A DNA stretch of 64,000 nucleotides from positions 130,324,001 through 130,388,000 of the forward strand of contig NC_083224.1 of the NCBI RefSeq assembly GCF_032191835.1. Direction: 5' to 3'. Both the position numbers and the translations under genes were made by a program. Positions 38,700 to 49,421 of this stretch are shown one piece after another (position 1 is the first letter of the stretch; every line of letters begins with the position of its first letter). The DNA is from Heteronotia binoei (Eukaryota). Under the pieces are notes generated by a model. It did no database searches. It saw only the letters and a program-made list of their open reading frames with translations, and was not told the DNA's origin.

Positions 38700-39589
38700 T
38701 TCTGGAGTACCAATATAGTAGTAAGGAATGATACCTAATAAATACTGAACGCCATCGGAAATGAAATGACATCAAATGATATTAGCACCAGACTGTTTTT
38801 AATGTTTTAATTTTTAATTTAAATATGATGTAATTAATATGTTGAAATGTTATTGTGATTTTGTTGGTTTTGATTTTGTTGGTTGTGATATTGTTTGTTT
38901 GTTGGTTGCCCTAAACCTGCTTTGGTGGGGAGGGCGTGATATAAGTCTAATAAGCCATAAAATCAATAAACCATAAAACAGTGCACTCTTTGGAGACTCC
39001 CAAGGAAGCCTCTGAAGAATGTACTGCGACAGCACGGCAGCACTCTTGTGCACCGCCAATCACTCCCTTGTCCCCCACTCGCCTGGCCTGCACAATGACG
39101 TCACTTTCAGTGATGCCATGCACACTGATTTCAATGGAGCTTGTGGAGGGGAACATGCACAGGGAACTACCTTGAGCGGCAGAACCCCTAGCACCAAGGC
39201 TGCTTGACAGTTATTCATCTTTACACAAATCATGAAACTGTTCTTAATGCTGTAGTTCTGTATATCTATTTCATTCTAATTAAGGTTGTTTACAGATCAC
39301 AGCAATTTGTGTCAACAGGCTGTTGATTACAATCCAAATCTGGTAGTTCATGGGGGGTGGGGGGGGAGGAATGCCTAGTATACCTGATTATTATGTTCAG
39401 AGTATAAGAGCAGCTGACTCACACCAAGAGAATTTGAACTGTGCATTAGATTTCTGATGAAACCTCAAAATATGTATTGTACAATTAATGTGCATTTTTC
39501 TACCCCACACTTCAAATAAAGATAAAAATATTTGGGCATATCCTCTTGGCACTATCATCATGCCTTGTTTTGCAGGTCACAGATTTTTG

Positions 39590-39712
39590 TTTTAGCTCAG
39601 GAAAAATGGCCCCAGAGCACAATAATTTATGCAATAGCTCATAACTTTAATGCCAGTAGATCACAAAGTAGAATTTTTGCTCACAAGCCTCTGAAGTTTA
39701 GAGGGAACATTG
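39590..39712. mobile_element. Right end of the same hAT MITE family as 17626-17844
   Basis: TAGCTCATAACTTTAATGCCAGTAG...TTTTTGCTCACAAG...TTAGAGGGAACATTG matches 17770-17844. Confidence 0.75.
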
Positions 39713-40700
39713 CTTACTTGGTGACTTGTTGATTTTTTTAGTATCTTAAAAGTGGCCTTTGATACAGTTTCTAGAGCCAGGTTGTGGGGAAAGTTACAGG
39801 CTTCCACAGTTGATAGATGTCTGTTGTTTCTTATTTGGGCTATTCACGAGCAAACAGAGTGAGGTGCAGCCAATTAGGACACCTGACAGACCCCGTTCAA
39901 ACATTCAGGGGAGTCAGTCAGGGTTGCCTTTTAGCACGCATACTGTTTATTTTCTATATAAATAACCTAGTAAGTTTTATGAAAGACCCCAGATTACACC
40001 CCCCCACACACACAAACTAGCAGATCAACACATCCAAGTGCTATTGTATGCAGATGATGCCATAATTCTCTCCAGAATGCCTATAGGACTGAAATGGGTG
40101 CTGAAAAAGTTCTCCTTTTATTGTGAAATTGAACATTTTAAAATTAATTATCAGATAACTAGGATTATGGCCTTCAGGAAAAACACAAGAGCTAGGTACT
40201 GGGAGATTCAAGGACACCAGCTGGAACAAGTATCTAGTTTCAAATGCCTGGGAGTAGTGGTACAGGCTTCTGGTTCCAACACAATCCATAACAGCAGCGC
40301 CACTGATACAGGAGAGAAATCAATAAATAGTATCCTGACATTTTATTGGACTCAGGGGGTTACAGTGTTCCAGCTGCACTTCACCTGTTTGAAGCTAAGG
40401 TACTGACCCAGCTAACTTATGGAACATTTCTGGGATCTTCAGTTTCTTCCCTGTCCCTATTTGAGAGAGTCCAATCCAAATTTCTTAGAACATTAATCCA
40501 GTACCCAAGTGTGTATCAAACTCCTGGGTCCACTTGGAAACAGAAATGACTTGAGTAGAGGCTAGAATCTGTGTTCTTTCTATATATAAATGGGTCACTG
40601 GTAACATAAATCCTAAAGGGTTGTTCCCTCTTATCTTGCACGACGAATTTCAATGCAATTGGCTCCAAGCAGTCCAAAAAGCCATTAGGAAGTTGGGGTT

Positions 40701-41283
40701 TGTCCTGGGTGCTGGGGGCCCTGCAGAAGAAGCCGAGCCTGCAGAAGAAACTGTGCCCCTGCCACCTGCACCAGTGCCCCTGCCTCCTGCTGGAGAAGAT
40801 CCAAGCCCCCCTGCCTCGCCCTCTTGGGTGGCTCGTGTGCGTGACTGCCTTCGTCAGGACCTCAGGGATCGGAGGAGGACGGCACGCTCACGAGCAAGAC
40901 GCTCCCTGAGCCCTGAGTTTTGAAAGGATTCTGGCCCTTATAGGAGTGAGGGTGCTTGAGTCTCAGCAGGATCCTGGCTGCCCTCTGAGTCAGCAATTAG
41001 CCCAAATGGGCAACAGACAGCAGAGGGCTATATAGCTGTGGGCTTTGAGAGAAGGCTTTGTGGAAGCAACTAGTCACTTACCTGATGTTCTAGTATCCAC
41101 TTTGGCTTCTGGACCCCCTGACTCTGGCATTGACTTCTGGACCCCCTGACTTCAGCTTCTGAACCTCTGACCTACGATACCTGGACTGTGATTTGGTTTT
41201 GGTGCTTTGGACCCTCCTTGCTACCCAGCTACATACCTTGGACTGCCCCTGGACTTCGCCTGGCCTGGCCCCAGCCCGTGACA
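40701..41283 (+). mobile_element. Ty3/Gypsy-type solo LTR (583 bp)
   Basis: TGTC...TGACA termini; 5-bp TSD GGGTT at 40696-40700 and 41284-41288; TATA-like GGCTATATAG near 41030; CTGGAC/CTGAC-rich U5. Confidence 0.92.
40705..40923 (+). CDS. Open LTR U3 frame, 72 aa, Pro-rich then Arg-rich, ending RSLSPEF-stop (begins CTG, no ATG)
   Basis: Stop-free from LTR position 5. Same register and C-terminus as the decayed ORF at 11638-11895. Expression unproven. Confidence 0.45.
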   Translation: MGAGGPAEEAEPAEETVPLPPAPVPLPPAGEDPSPPASPSWVARVRDCLRQDLRDRRRTARSRARRSLSPEF

Positions 41284-41912
41284 GGGTTTCCCCTCCAAGC
41301 CCTTCTAAACTTGGCATAGACCAGGCAAAATCATGTTTTAAGCAGAGAGTGCTAGATATAGAAAGACAAACAGATATTCTCAGTTCCCTAGACTATTTCT
41401 CTTCAGCAAACAGTAGATACATAGTTGCTCCCACCCCCTACTTATACTTTACTGAATCTCACAACACTAGAAGGGCCTTCACTTTAGCTAGGAGTATGCC
41501 CCTGCCTTCTGTGGTTGTTGAGGCGAGATATAAAGGAACTCCTTATGCACTTAGGCTCTGTTCCTGTTCCCAGTCTGAAATAGATTCTCTGGAGCATATA
41601 TATTTTTAATTGTCCTTTTCATACGGCGAGCCGAAGGGAAATTATTAACCCGCTCCTGGAAGGGTTCCCTGGCAGATCAAATAAACTCAAATTAGATTAT
41701 CTCCTGTCAAATAGGAACCACAAACAACAAGACAGGTGAGTAGGTTCTGTTCCCAGGTTTATAAAGAATACAAAAAGCAAGACAAATAGGCCAAACTGTA
41801 AATCTTTTCACAAATGTTAAAGTGACTTTTTAAAATGGTTTAAAGGGTTAAATAATAATCTTTTAAATTCTTTTTTTTACTGTTATAACCCTCAAGTCAT
41901 CAAATTTTAAGT

Positions 41913-42186
41913 AGAAGAAGATGAAGATATTGGATTTATATCCCGCCCTCCACTCTGAAGAGTCTCAGAGCGGCTCACAATCTCCTTTACCTTCCTCCCC
42001 CACAACAGACACCCTGTGAGGTGGGTGGGGCTGGAGAGGGCTCTCACAGAAGCTGCCCTTTCAAGGACAACCTCTGCCAGAGCTATGGCTGACCCAAGGC
42101 CATTCCAGCAGGTGCAAGTGGAGGAGTGGGGAATCAAACCCAGTTCTCCCAGATAAGAGTCCGCACACTTAACCACTACACCAAAC
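41913..42186 (-). mobile_element. Young CORE SINE (Squam3-like)
   Basis: Near-identical to 34202-34483 and 54218-54503. Confidence 0.9.
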
Positions 42187-44092
42187 ATGCAGATTCTTTG
42201 TGGGACTTTTTATAAGATACTTTAAAGGTTGTTCTAGATGACTAAAATGTTCTGGTCAATTACTGTAATAGTAAACTGTACTAAACTGAACTGATTTTTT
42301 AGTATTCATACCAATTTTTTCTAGGACAGCTTCCTGAGTTGAAATGACTGTAGGAAAAGTTTGGAAGAAAATACAACCAAAATAACTATCAAGGAGAAAT
42401 GAAACATGAAAAAAATACTGTTCTAATGAGGGCATGTTCTTAAATGTTCAGAGTATGTAAAAACAGGTTTCTGTGTAACAGCAACAACTGCAGCCTTCTA
42501 TAATTATTCATGCTTTATGCCCTGATAGCTCTGAGCTATCCCAGATCTGTTTTTTTCTTCCTCACAAAGGACCTATTGCTATATTTAAGGAAACCTCTGG
42601 AGCTGCCCCCTGCAGGGTTTGGTATATAGAGCAGTGATTTACAAGGGCTGTATTACAGCACTGCTTGCAACCTGAGCACTTGCTGGCATTACATTAGCAA
42701 CTTGAATTTGACCATCTCATCCCCCCACCCCTTCCCAAATGATAGTTGTTACTTGGTTCTTACAACTGACTTGCATTTGGAATCAGTCAACTACCCATGA
42801 TGCATCTGCTTTTATTGGAAAGTATTATATTATTATGCTTCAGGCAATTTTTGTTTGGATACCGCCCAAGCCTAAAAAAATCTGCATCCCAATTTATAAT
42901 ATTATGAGAGGTGTTTGGCTTTCAGCCACTGTAAATATGAGAGGTTTTGGGAACATTCTGATCCAGTCCAAATGTTAAATTTCTTCAATGACCCAAAGTG
43001 GTCACATCTTGACTGATTGACAAAGGCTACAGTTCTTTGCTTCTTTATTCAAGTTTCCTTAAGTTGCACTAAATTAAAAATAAATAAATAAACTGACTTC
43101 CATTATCTAAGATCGTGATAAAAGTCTATTGACCCATTTTTAATTCAACTTGTTAATATAATATATTTGTGGCCATTAAAGCCAGGGATCCTGTTGTACC
43201 AGCTCCTTCTTGATTCAAATAAAGCATGCAGTGTTATTGGCAGGGTTGGCAATGTAGATGGTTTACAGAAGCTTTATAAACAAGCTCTGCCTCTCACACA
43301 CAGGGATTTGCTGTGTGCTGCTCTGAGAAGATGTGAGCTGCTGTGCTGTGCTCGCTTGGATGGACTGACTCTTCAAAAGTTTTGCCAAGGGTAGGTGGAG
43401 GATAAGTGACAGATTGGCAGCTGACATAATGTTTGTGTATGCGTATATGATAGCTTTCTGCTGGTATCTGATAGGGAGTTTTGGGGAGGAACAGGGGACT
43501 GGACCTAGGGACTGTTCTTAGTGCTGGTGTTGGAGTACTTGCGCACTGGGTAATTCATACTATGAGTAACAATGGAAGAACCAAGTGCTCAGCAATCTAA
43601 CTGGCCTTCTTTGCAGAGGTAGGGATTGTCATTTTAAAAGTAGGTAACTGAATAAGGAGGTGGTAGCAGGTTCAGCCCATAGTGAAAACTTTATTGGTTA
43701 AGAACTAGGGTTAATGGGTCAGGTGGGAAGCCATGTTGGTCTGAAGCAGCAGAACAAAGTTTGAGCCCTTTAAGAGCAACCAAGTTTTTATTCTGGGTAT
43801 AAGCTTTCATGTGTATGCGTACTTCATGCCCTGTCTGAAAACTGACAGGGCTGAATTTTGATTTTTACAGCAGTGAAAGGTTTCTGGTTCAGATAGTGTG
43901 TTTTGACTCCAAGATGCTTGCTGGACTCCAGTCTTTGGATGCTGATGGAGCCACTGGTCAGGGTAGAAGAAGAATACTCCAGATTTATACCCCGCCCTTC
44001 TCTCTGAATCAGAGACTCAGAGCAGCTTACAATCTCCTATATCTTCTCCCCCCACATTCTATGGAGTCATTCTGGGCCATTCAGTTAAGAAC

Positions 44093-44232
44093 NNNNNNNN
44101 NNNNNNNNNNNNNNNNNNNNNNNNNNNNNNNNNNNNNNNNNNNNNNNNNNNNNNNNNNNNNNNNNNNNNNNNNNNNNNNNNNNNNNNNNNNNNNNNNNNN
44201 NNNNNNNNNNNNNNNNNNNNNNNNNNNNNNNN
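44093..44232. other. Assembly gap (N run)
   Basis: N characters in the sequence. Confidence 1.
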
Positions 44233-44546
44233 ACTGATGGACCTCTGCTCCATATTTTTATCCAATCCCCTCTTAAAGCTGGCTATGCTTGTAGCCGCCA
44301 CCACCTGCTGTGGCAGTGAATTCCACGTTAATCACCCTTTGGGTGAAGAAGTACTTCCTTTTTTCCGTTTTAACCTGACTGCTCAGCAATTTCATTGAAT
44401 GCCCACGAGTTCTTGTATTGTGAGAAAGGGAGAAAAGTACTTCTTTCTCTACTTTCTCCATCCCATGCATAATCTTGTAAACCTCTATCATGTCACCCCG
44501 CAGTCGGTTTCTCCAAGCTAAAGAGCCCCAAGCGTTTTAACCTTTC

Positions 44547-44609
<63 letters not shown>

Positions 44610-44867
44610 TTTTATTTTTATATCCCGCCCTCCCCGCTAGGCGGGCTCAGGGCGGCTAACAGACACGGGAGTCTCATGATTCACATTAAACAATAATAGA
44701 CATGGGAGTCCCGTGATTCATAAAACATAACAATTTAAACATTAATTACAATAAATTATTTAAAATACATAAAAACATATAAACATATAAGATATAAAAA
44801 TAGGTGCTAAAATGATGTATTTAAGATGGCTAAGTGTCTATTCATTCATTAATCAGGTTCTGTCTTA

Positions 44868-45154
44868 GGCCGTTTTCCCACTCACGTTTTACTGGCGCCA
44901 CGACCATCCTGACGCCGGCGAATCTGCCTGGATTTCGCATCAGAAGCTCCGGCGCTCCCAGAAGCGCCGGCTACTTCCGTCACTAAGCCAGCGCAAACGG
45001 AAATCGCAAAGATGCAGGAAAACGTTTGCGCTGGCTTAGCGACGGAAAGCGCCGGCGCTTCTGGGAGCGCCGGCGCTTCTGTTGCGAAATCCAGGCAGAT
45101 TCGCCGGCGTCAGGATGGTCGTGGCGCCAGTAAAACGTGAGTGGGAAAACGGCC
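44868..45154. mobile_element. PIF/Harbinger-type MITE, 287-bp palindrome
   Basis: Long near-perfect inverted arms starting GGCCGTTTTCCCACTCACG; 3-bp TSD TTA at 44865-44867 and 45155-45157. Confidence 0.9.
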
Positions 45155-47845
45155 TTAGTTACCACATGGTGACTCAAATGCTAACTGAAAAAGAAATGTT
45201 TTGCAAGCCCTGCGGAATTGGTTCAGGTCCCGCAGGGCTCGCACCATCTCTGGGAGATCATTCCACCAGCGAGGGGCTATCACCGAGAAGGCCTGCTCCC
45301 TAGTGGCCTTCAACCTAACTTCTCTTGGCCCAGGGATTGTTAATAAGTTCTGAGAACCAGACCTCAGTGCTCTCCGGGGTACATATGGGGAGAGGCGGTC
45401 CTTTAGGTAGGCAGGTCCTCGGCCATATAGGGCTTTAAAGGTAATAACCAGCACCTTATAGCGAACACGGTAGACAACCGGCAGCCAGTGCAGATTGCAC
45501 AGCCCAGGCCGTGCAGGCTCCCACCGTGGTAGTCCCTCCAGCAGCCTGGCCGCCGCGTTCTGGACTACCTGGAGTCTCCGTGTTCGGTACAAGGGCAGCC
45601 CCATGTAGAGGGCATTGTAGTAGTCTAACCTCGAAGTGACCGTTGCGTGGATCACAGTTGCCAGGTCGGCGCGTTCCAGGAAGGGGGCCAACTGCCTCGC
45701 CCTCTTGAGGTAGAAGAAGGCGGATCTAGCAGTGGCAGCTACTTGGGCCTCCATTGATAGGGAGGACTCCAGTAGCACCCCCAGGCTCTTGACTTTGCGC
45801 ACCGGTACCAGTGGCACACCGTCAAAGGCCGGTAAAGTAGTCTCCCCTCCCGGTCCGCCACGGCCCACGCAAAGGACCTCAGTCTTCGCCGGATTCAACT
45901 TCAGCCCGCTCAGCCTGAGCCAGTCAGCCACGGCTTGTAGTGCCCGGTCCAAATTTGCTGGGACATCACCAGCCCGGCCGTCCATCAATAGATAGAGCTG
46001 GGTGTCATCTGCATATTGATGGCAACCCAGCCCATACCTCCGTGCAATCTGGGCAAGGGGGCGCATAAAGATGTTAAACAGCATCGGGGAGAGGACTGCC
46101 CCCTGAGGCACCCCGCAATGGAGTGGATACCTCTGAGACAGTTCCCCCCCGATTGCCACCCTTTGTCCCCGACCCTCAAGAAAGGAGGAGAGCCACTGTA
46201 AGGCTAGCCCCCGAATTCCTGCGTCGGCGAGGCGGCGGGTCAGCAGCCGGTGGTCAACCATATCGAACGCCGCCGATAGGTCTAACAACAGCAGTACTGC
46301 CGAGCCGCCTCGATCCAGTTGCCGTCGGAGGTCATCCATGAGGGCGACCAGGACTGTTTCTGTCCCATGGCCCGGGCGAAAGCCGGACTGGCATGGGTCT
46401 AGGACGGAAGCGTCCTCCAGAAATTCCTGTAACTGCACCGCCACGGCCCTCTCGATAATTTTGCCTAAAAAGGGCAAGTTTGAGACCGGCCGGTAATGTG
46501 CCAATTCGGCCGGGTCTGATGACGTTTTTTTCAGGAGAGGGCGGACCAGTGCCTCTTTCAGAGGTGTTGGAAAAACACCTTCTGAAAGGGATCGATTTAT
46601 AATATCCCGTATAGGATATCTTAGTTCCTCCTGGCAGGCCTTAATTAGCCAGGAGGGGCAAGGGTCCAGATCGCAAGTCGTGGAACGTGCAGTGGCAAGA
46701 ATTCTGTCGACTTCCTCCAAGCTGAGCGGGTCGAAGCAATCCAGAGTTGAATCAGAAGACACGCATTGGGCTTCGAGTCCACTTACTGCCTCCAAATTGG
46801 CGGGGCAGTCCTGGCGGAGCGATTGGACCTTATCCGCAAAGAATTTCGCGAAGGCCTCGCAGCCAATTTCCAATTCCTTAGCTTTAGAATTGCCCTGAGG
46901 CAATGTAGTCAGATTCCGAATTATTCTAAATAATTGGGCTGGGCGCGAATTTGCGGATGCAATCCTAGCCGCAAAGTATGTTTTCTTTGCGGCCTTGATT
47001 GCCATCTCATAGAACTTCATAAGCTTCCTATAAGATGTTCTAGTCGCCTCGTCACGAGTGCGTCGCCATTGCCTCTCTAGCCGTCTAAGGCCTTGTTTCA
47101 GCTGGCGTAATTCCGGGGTATACCACGGAGCCAGCTTAATCCGAGGTCGCAGAGGGCGCCGAGGTGCGATCTCCTCGATGGCCCTAGAGAGCCGGCTATT
47201 CCAGGTCTCAATCAGGCCATCAAGGGAGCCGCCAGAGGGCCAGGAGTCCCGCAGAGCCATCTGGAACCGTTCCGGGTCCATTTGACTCCGTGGGCGAGCC
47301 ATAATCGGCTCCTCGCCTAAACAGGTTCGGGGGGGCATATTCACACGGGCCTTGAGGGCGAAGTGATCCGACCATGGCACAACCTCTGTAGTTATATCGC
47401 TCACTACAATCCCGGCCGCAAAGATCAGGTCTAACATGTGTCCGGCCTGGTGGGTGGGGGTCGCAACGAATTGAGAGAGTCCCAGTGTCGCCATGGAAGA
47501 CACTAGGTCCGTCGCCTGACTGGAGGACGGGTCATCGGCATGGACGTTGAAGTCACCCAGGATTATCAGCCTTGGGTGCTCCAGCGCCCAGCCTGTCGCC
47601 GCCTCAAGCAGGGACGGTAAGGCGTTGGCCGGTGCGTTAGGCGTACGGTACACCAGCCAAATCGCCAACCCCTCTTCATCCCCCCACGCCAGCCCGGCAC
47701 ATTCAATGCCCTCAATCTTTGGGGCCGGGAGCGCCCTAAAGGAGTAAGCCTCCCGTGCAAATAATGCCACTCCTCCCCCCCGCCCGCTAGTCCGCGATTG
47801 GTGGAAGACCGAGTAACCTGGGGGAGCTGTTTGCGAGAGGGCCAC
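45155..47845 (-). CDS. L2 ORF2 (APE endonuclease, partial, plus reverse transcriptase), 896 codons without a stop
   Basis: GRGGGVAL, GDFN, LDLIF, SDH (APE); YRPVSNLPFLGK, LDLSAAFD, GVPQG, YADD (RT). Starts at GTG at the truncation point and lacks the APE N-terminus. Confidence 0.93.
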   Translation of the reverse strand: MALSQTAPPGYSVFHQSRTSGRGGGVALFAREAYSFRALPAPKIEGIECAGLAWGDEEGLAIWLVYRTPNAPANALPSLLEAATGWALEHPRLIILGDFNVHADDPSSSQATDLVSSMATLGLSQFVATPTHQAGHMLDLIFAAGIVVSDITTEVVPWSDHFALKARVNMPPRTCLGEEPIMARPRSQMDPERFQMALRDSWPSGGSLDGLIETWNSRLSRAIEEIAPRRPLRPRIKLAPWYTPELRQLKQGLRRLERQWRRTRDEATRTSYRKLMKFYEMAIKAAKKTYFAARIASANSRPAQLFRIIRNLTTLPQGNSKAKELEIGCEAFAKFFADKVQSLRQDCPANLEAVSGLEAQCVSSDSTLDCFDPLSLEEVDRILATARSTTCDLDPCPSWLIKACQEELRYPIRDIINRSLSEGVFPTPLKEALVRPLLKKTSSDPAELAHYRPVSNLPFLGKIIERAVAVQLQEFLEDASVLDPCQSGFRPGHGTETVLVALMDDLRRQLDRGGSAVLLLLDLSAAFDMVDHRLLTRRLADAGIRGLALQWLSSFLEGRGQRVAIGGELSQRYPLHCGVPQGAVLSPMLFNIFMRPLAQIARRYGLGCHQYADDTQLYLLMDGRAGDVPANLDRALQAVADWLRLSGLKLNPAKTEVLCVGRGGPGGETTLPAFDGVPLVPVRKVKSLGVLLESSLSMEAQVAATARSAFFYLKRARQLAPFLERADLATVIHATVTSRLDYYNALYMGLPLYRTRRLQVVQNAAARLLEGLPRWEPARPGLCNLHWLPVVYRVRYKVLVITFKALYGRGPAYLKDRLSPYVPRRALRSGSQNLLTIPGPREVRLKATREQAFSVIAPRWWNDLPEMVRALRDLNQFRRACKTFLFQLAFESPCGN

Positions 47846-48245
47846 TGTAGGGAAAGTGTTCCAAACCTTTAATCATTCTAGTTGCCCTTTTCTGGACTTT
47901 TTCCAATGCTATAATATCCTTTTTGAGGTGTGGTGACCAGAATTGTACACAGTATTCCAAACGAGACCGCACCATCAATTTATACAGGGGCATTATGATA
48001 CTGGCTGATTTATTTTCAATTGTCTTTTGGGAGCAGAGGAGAGCCAGGCTGCTTTCACATTACCATTCTAAACCAGTTGTTAACTTTTGTTGGCCTGATT
48101 CTGAGTAAAGTGATACAGGGATGGGGATTTCATACAAGAAACTGTATCCTGTTAATGAGCTGTCTTTGAAGTGCTATGGCCATTTCAAAATGTGTTTCCT
48201 CCACCCTTTGTTGCCATGTGATCTTCCTTCCCCTTTCCCCCCAAC

Positions 48246-48631
48246 GGTCAAGTGCCTTGTCATTTTTGTTAAGAATAAACTTTGCTATCTCATCACTGCT
48301 GCTTTGCTGTGCTGCTGCTCCACTTATCTCTTTGCAAGTTATCCAAATTCTTTCCAGCTGGCTAAGGGATACCAAGGCTGCGCTGATAGCCAAGATGCAC
48401 CTGGGAGAAGACATGAGATGTCTTGGGAAGAGGGATAGATGCTTCCTGCATTTTGCTTCCCACTTGCTTTTGAAATAGTAATGGATTAAGGTAGCCTATA
48501 TAAGGGGGCAAGTTGCCTGCCTTGCCAGTCTTGACAAAAGCCATCACGCCTGTAACCTGTTGTCAAGAGTCAATAAACAGCCATTTATAAAGTGGACCAT
48601 TTGTGCTCTTTGAACTATGGGAGTCTTGACA
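48246..48631 (+). repeat. 5' LTR of the Gypsy element
   Basis: Colinear with 52967-53359; ends CTTGACA; first base is G instead of T. Confidence 0.92.
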
Positions 48632-49421
48632 TATTGTGAAGACTCCTTTATCCTTGGAATGCCTTACCACCACTGACAATGTTGGAGGATGAGAAGGTCA
48701 TATCTAAGAACATACAAACTGACCCAATCGAACCAGAAGTGCCCAAGCCAGAAGGGCCAAAGCTCATGCCTAGGTTTGTTATGACTCAGAGGAGCAAGCG
48801 AGGTTTGAGAGGTTTCATGGAAGGGGAGGAGAGGAAAACAATGGCCAGGCTCAGTCGCCCTCATTCCTCGGGATTGCAGGGAGAATATTGGGCTTGGGGG
48901 TCTGACGATAAAGCAGAGGGTTCTATGAGAGGGGCTTCATTTGGTCACCCTGGTGAGGGCCCGCCCAACTAGCTGCAAGAGAGTCTATTGGCATACAGTC
49001 AGCACTTGAGAAACAAGATGCTCACCATGAATGATTACGTACTTTATGCGAGAGGTGAGGACAGTCGCCTAAGGGACACTCAGCTAAGGGAACTAGTTGT
49101 TCAGGTCACTGGGGCGCCACCAACACAGCCACCAGCTGCCACCCCTCCTGCTCCAGATGGGGGGTACCTCTGCCACCACCACCAGATGGGGGAGGCCAAC
49201 CGGTCCAGCCCACTCAGCCACTCCAACCAGTTGCCCCCCAGAACCACACTTTACCCCGAGGGGGTCCAAAGGTGTGAGGCATGGTTCAATAGGCACCCCA
49301 CCAATTTGAGATATTTCCTGGTCCAAATCAGGGGCCACCTTCAAATATGGGTTAACAATTTCCCTACCGAGGCCAAAGTCATCTACATTGGGGGGATGCC
49401 TTCAGAGAGCTGCCACGGATT

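Larger units (their letters stand above)
34105..38975 (+). mobile_element. Older L2 3' fragment split by a SINE and an RTEX-like LINE
   Basis: 34105-34203 (WEHIQTGLRELHWLPV) continues at about 34545-34845 (RYKVLVITFKAL). The 3' UTR and tail GGGAGGGCGTGATATAAG resume at 38710-38975. Confidence 0.75.
39750..41790 (+). mobile_element. Second, older RTEX-like LINE fragment (RT to C-terminus) split by a solo LTR
   Basis: RGVSQGCLLA, LLYADDAIILSR, FERVQSKFLR, RRAFTLARSMPLPS, LCSCSQSEIDSLEH; colinear with 35120-36500. Confidence 0.8.
44548..47847 (-). mobile_element. Young L2 LINE, 5'-truncated within the endonuclease
   Basis: (TTA)n tail at 44548-44607, 3' UTR and an uninterrupted ORF2; CpG-rich. 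Confidence 0.97.
44233..48025 (-). mobile_element. CR1 LINE 3' fragment (44233-44548 plus 47848-48025) split by L2
   Basis: LYKLMVRSRLEYCVQFWSPHLKKDIIALEKVQKRATRMIKGLEH and MIEVYKIMHGMEKV...NTRTRGHSMKL are CR1 ORF2 C-terminal motifs; the two halves join at CCTTTCTT|TAGGGAAAG. Confidence 0.92.
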
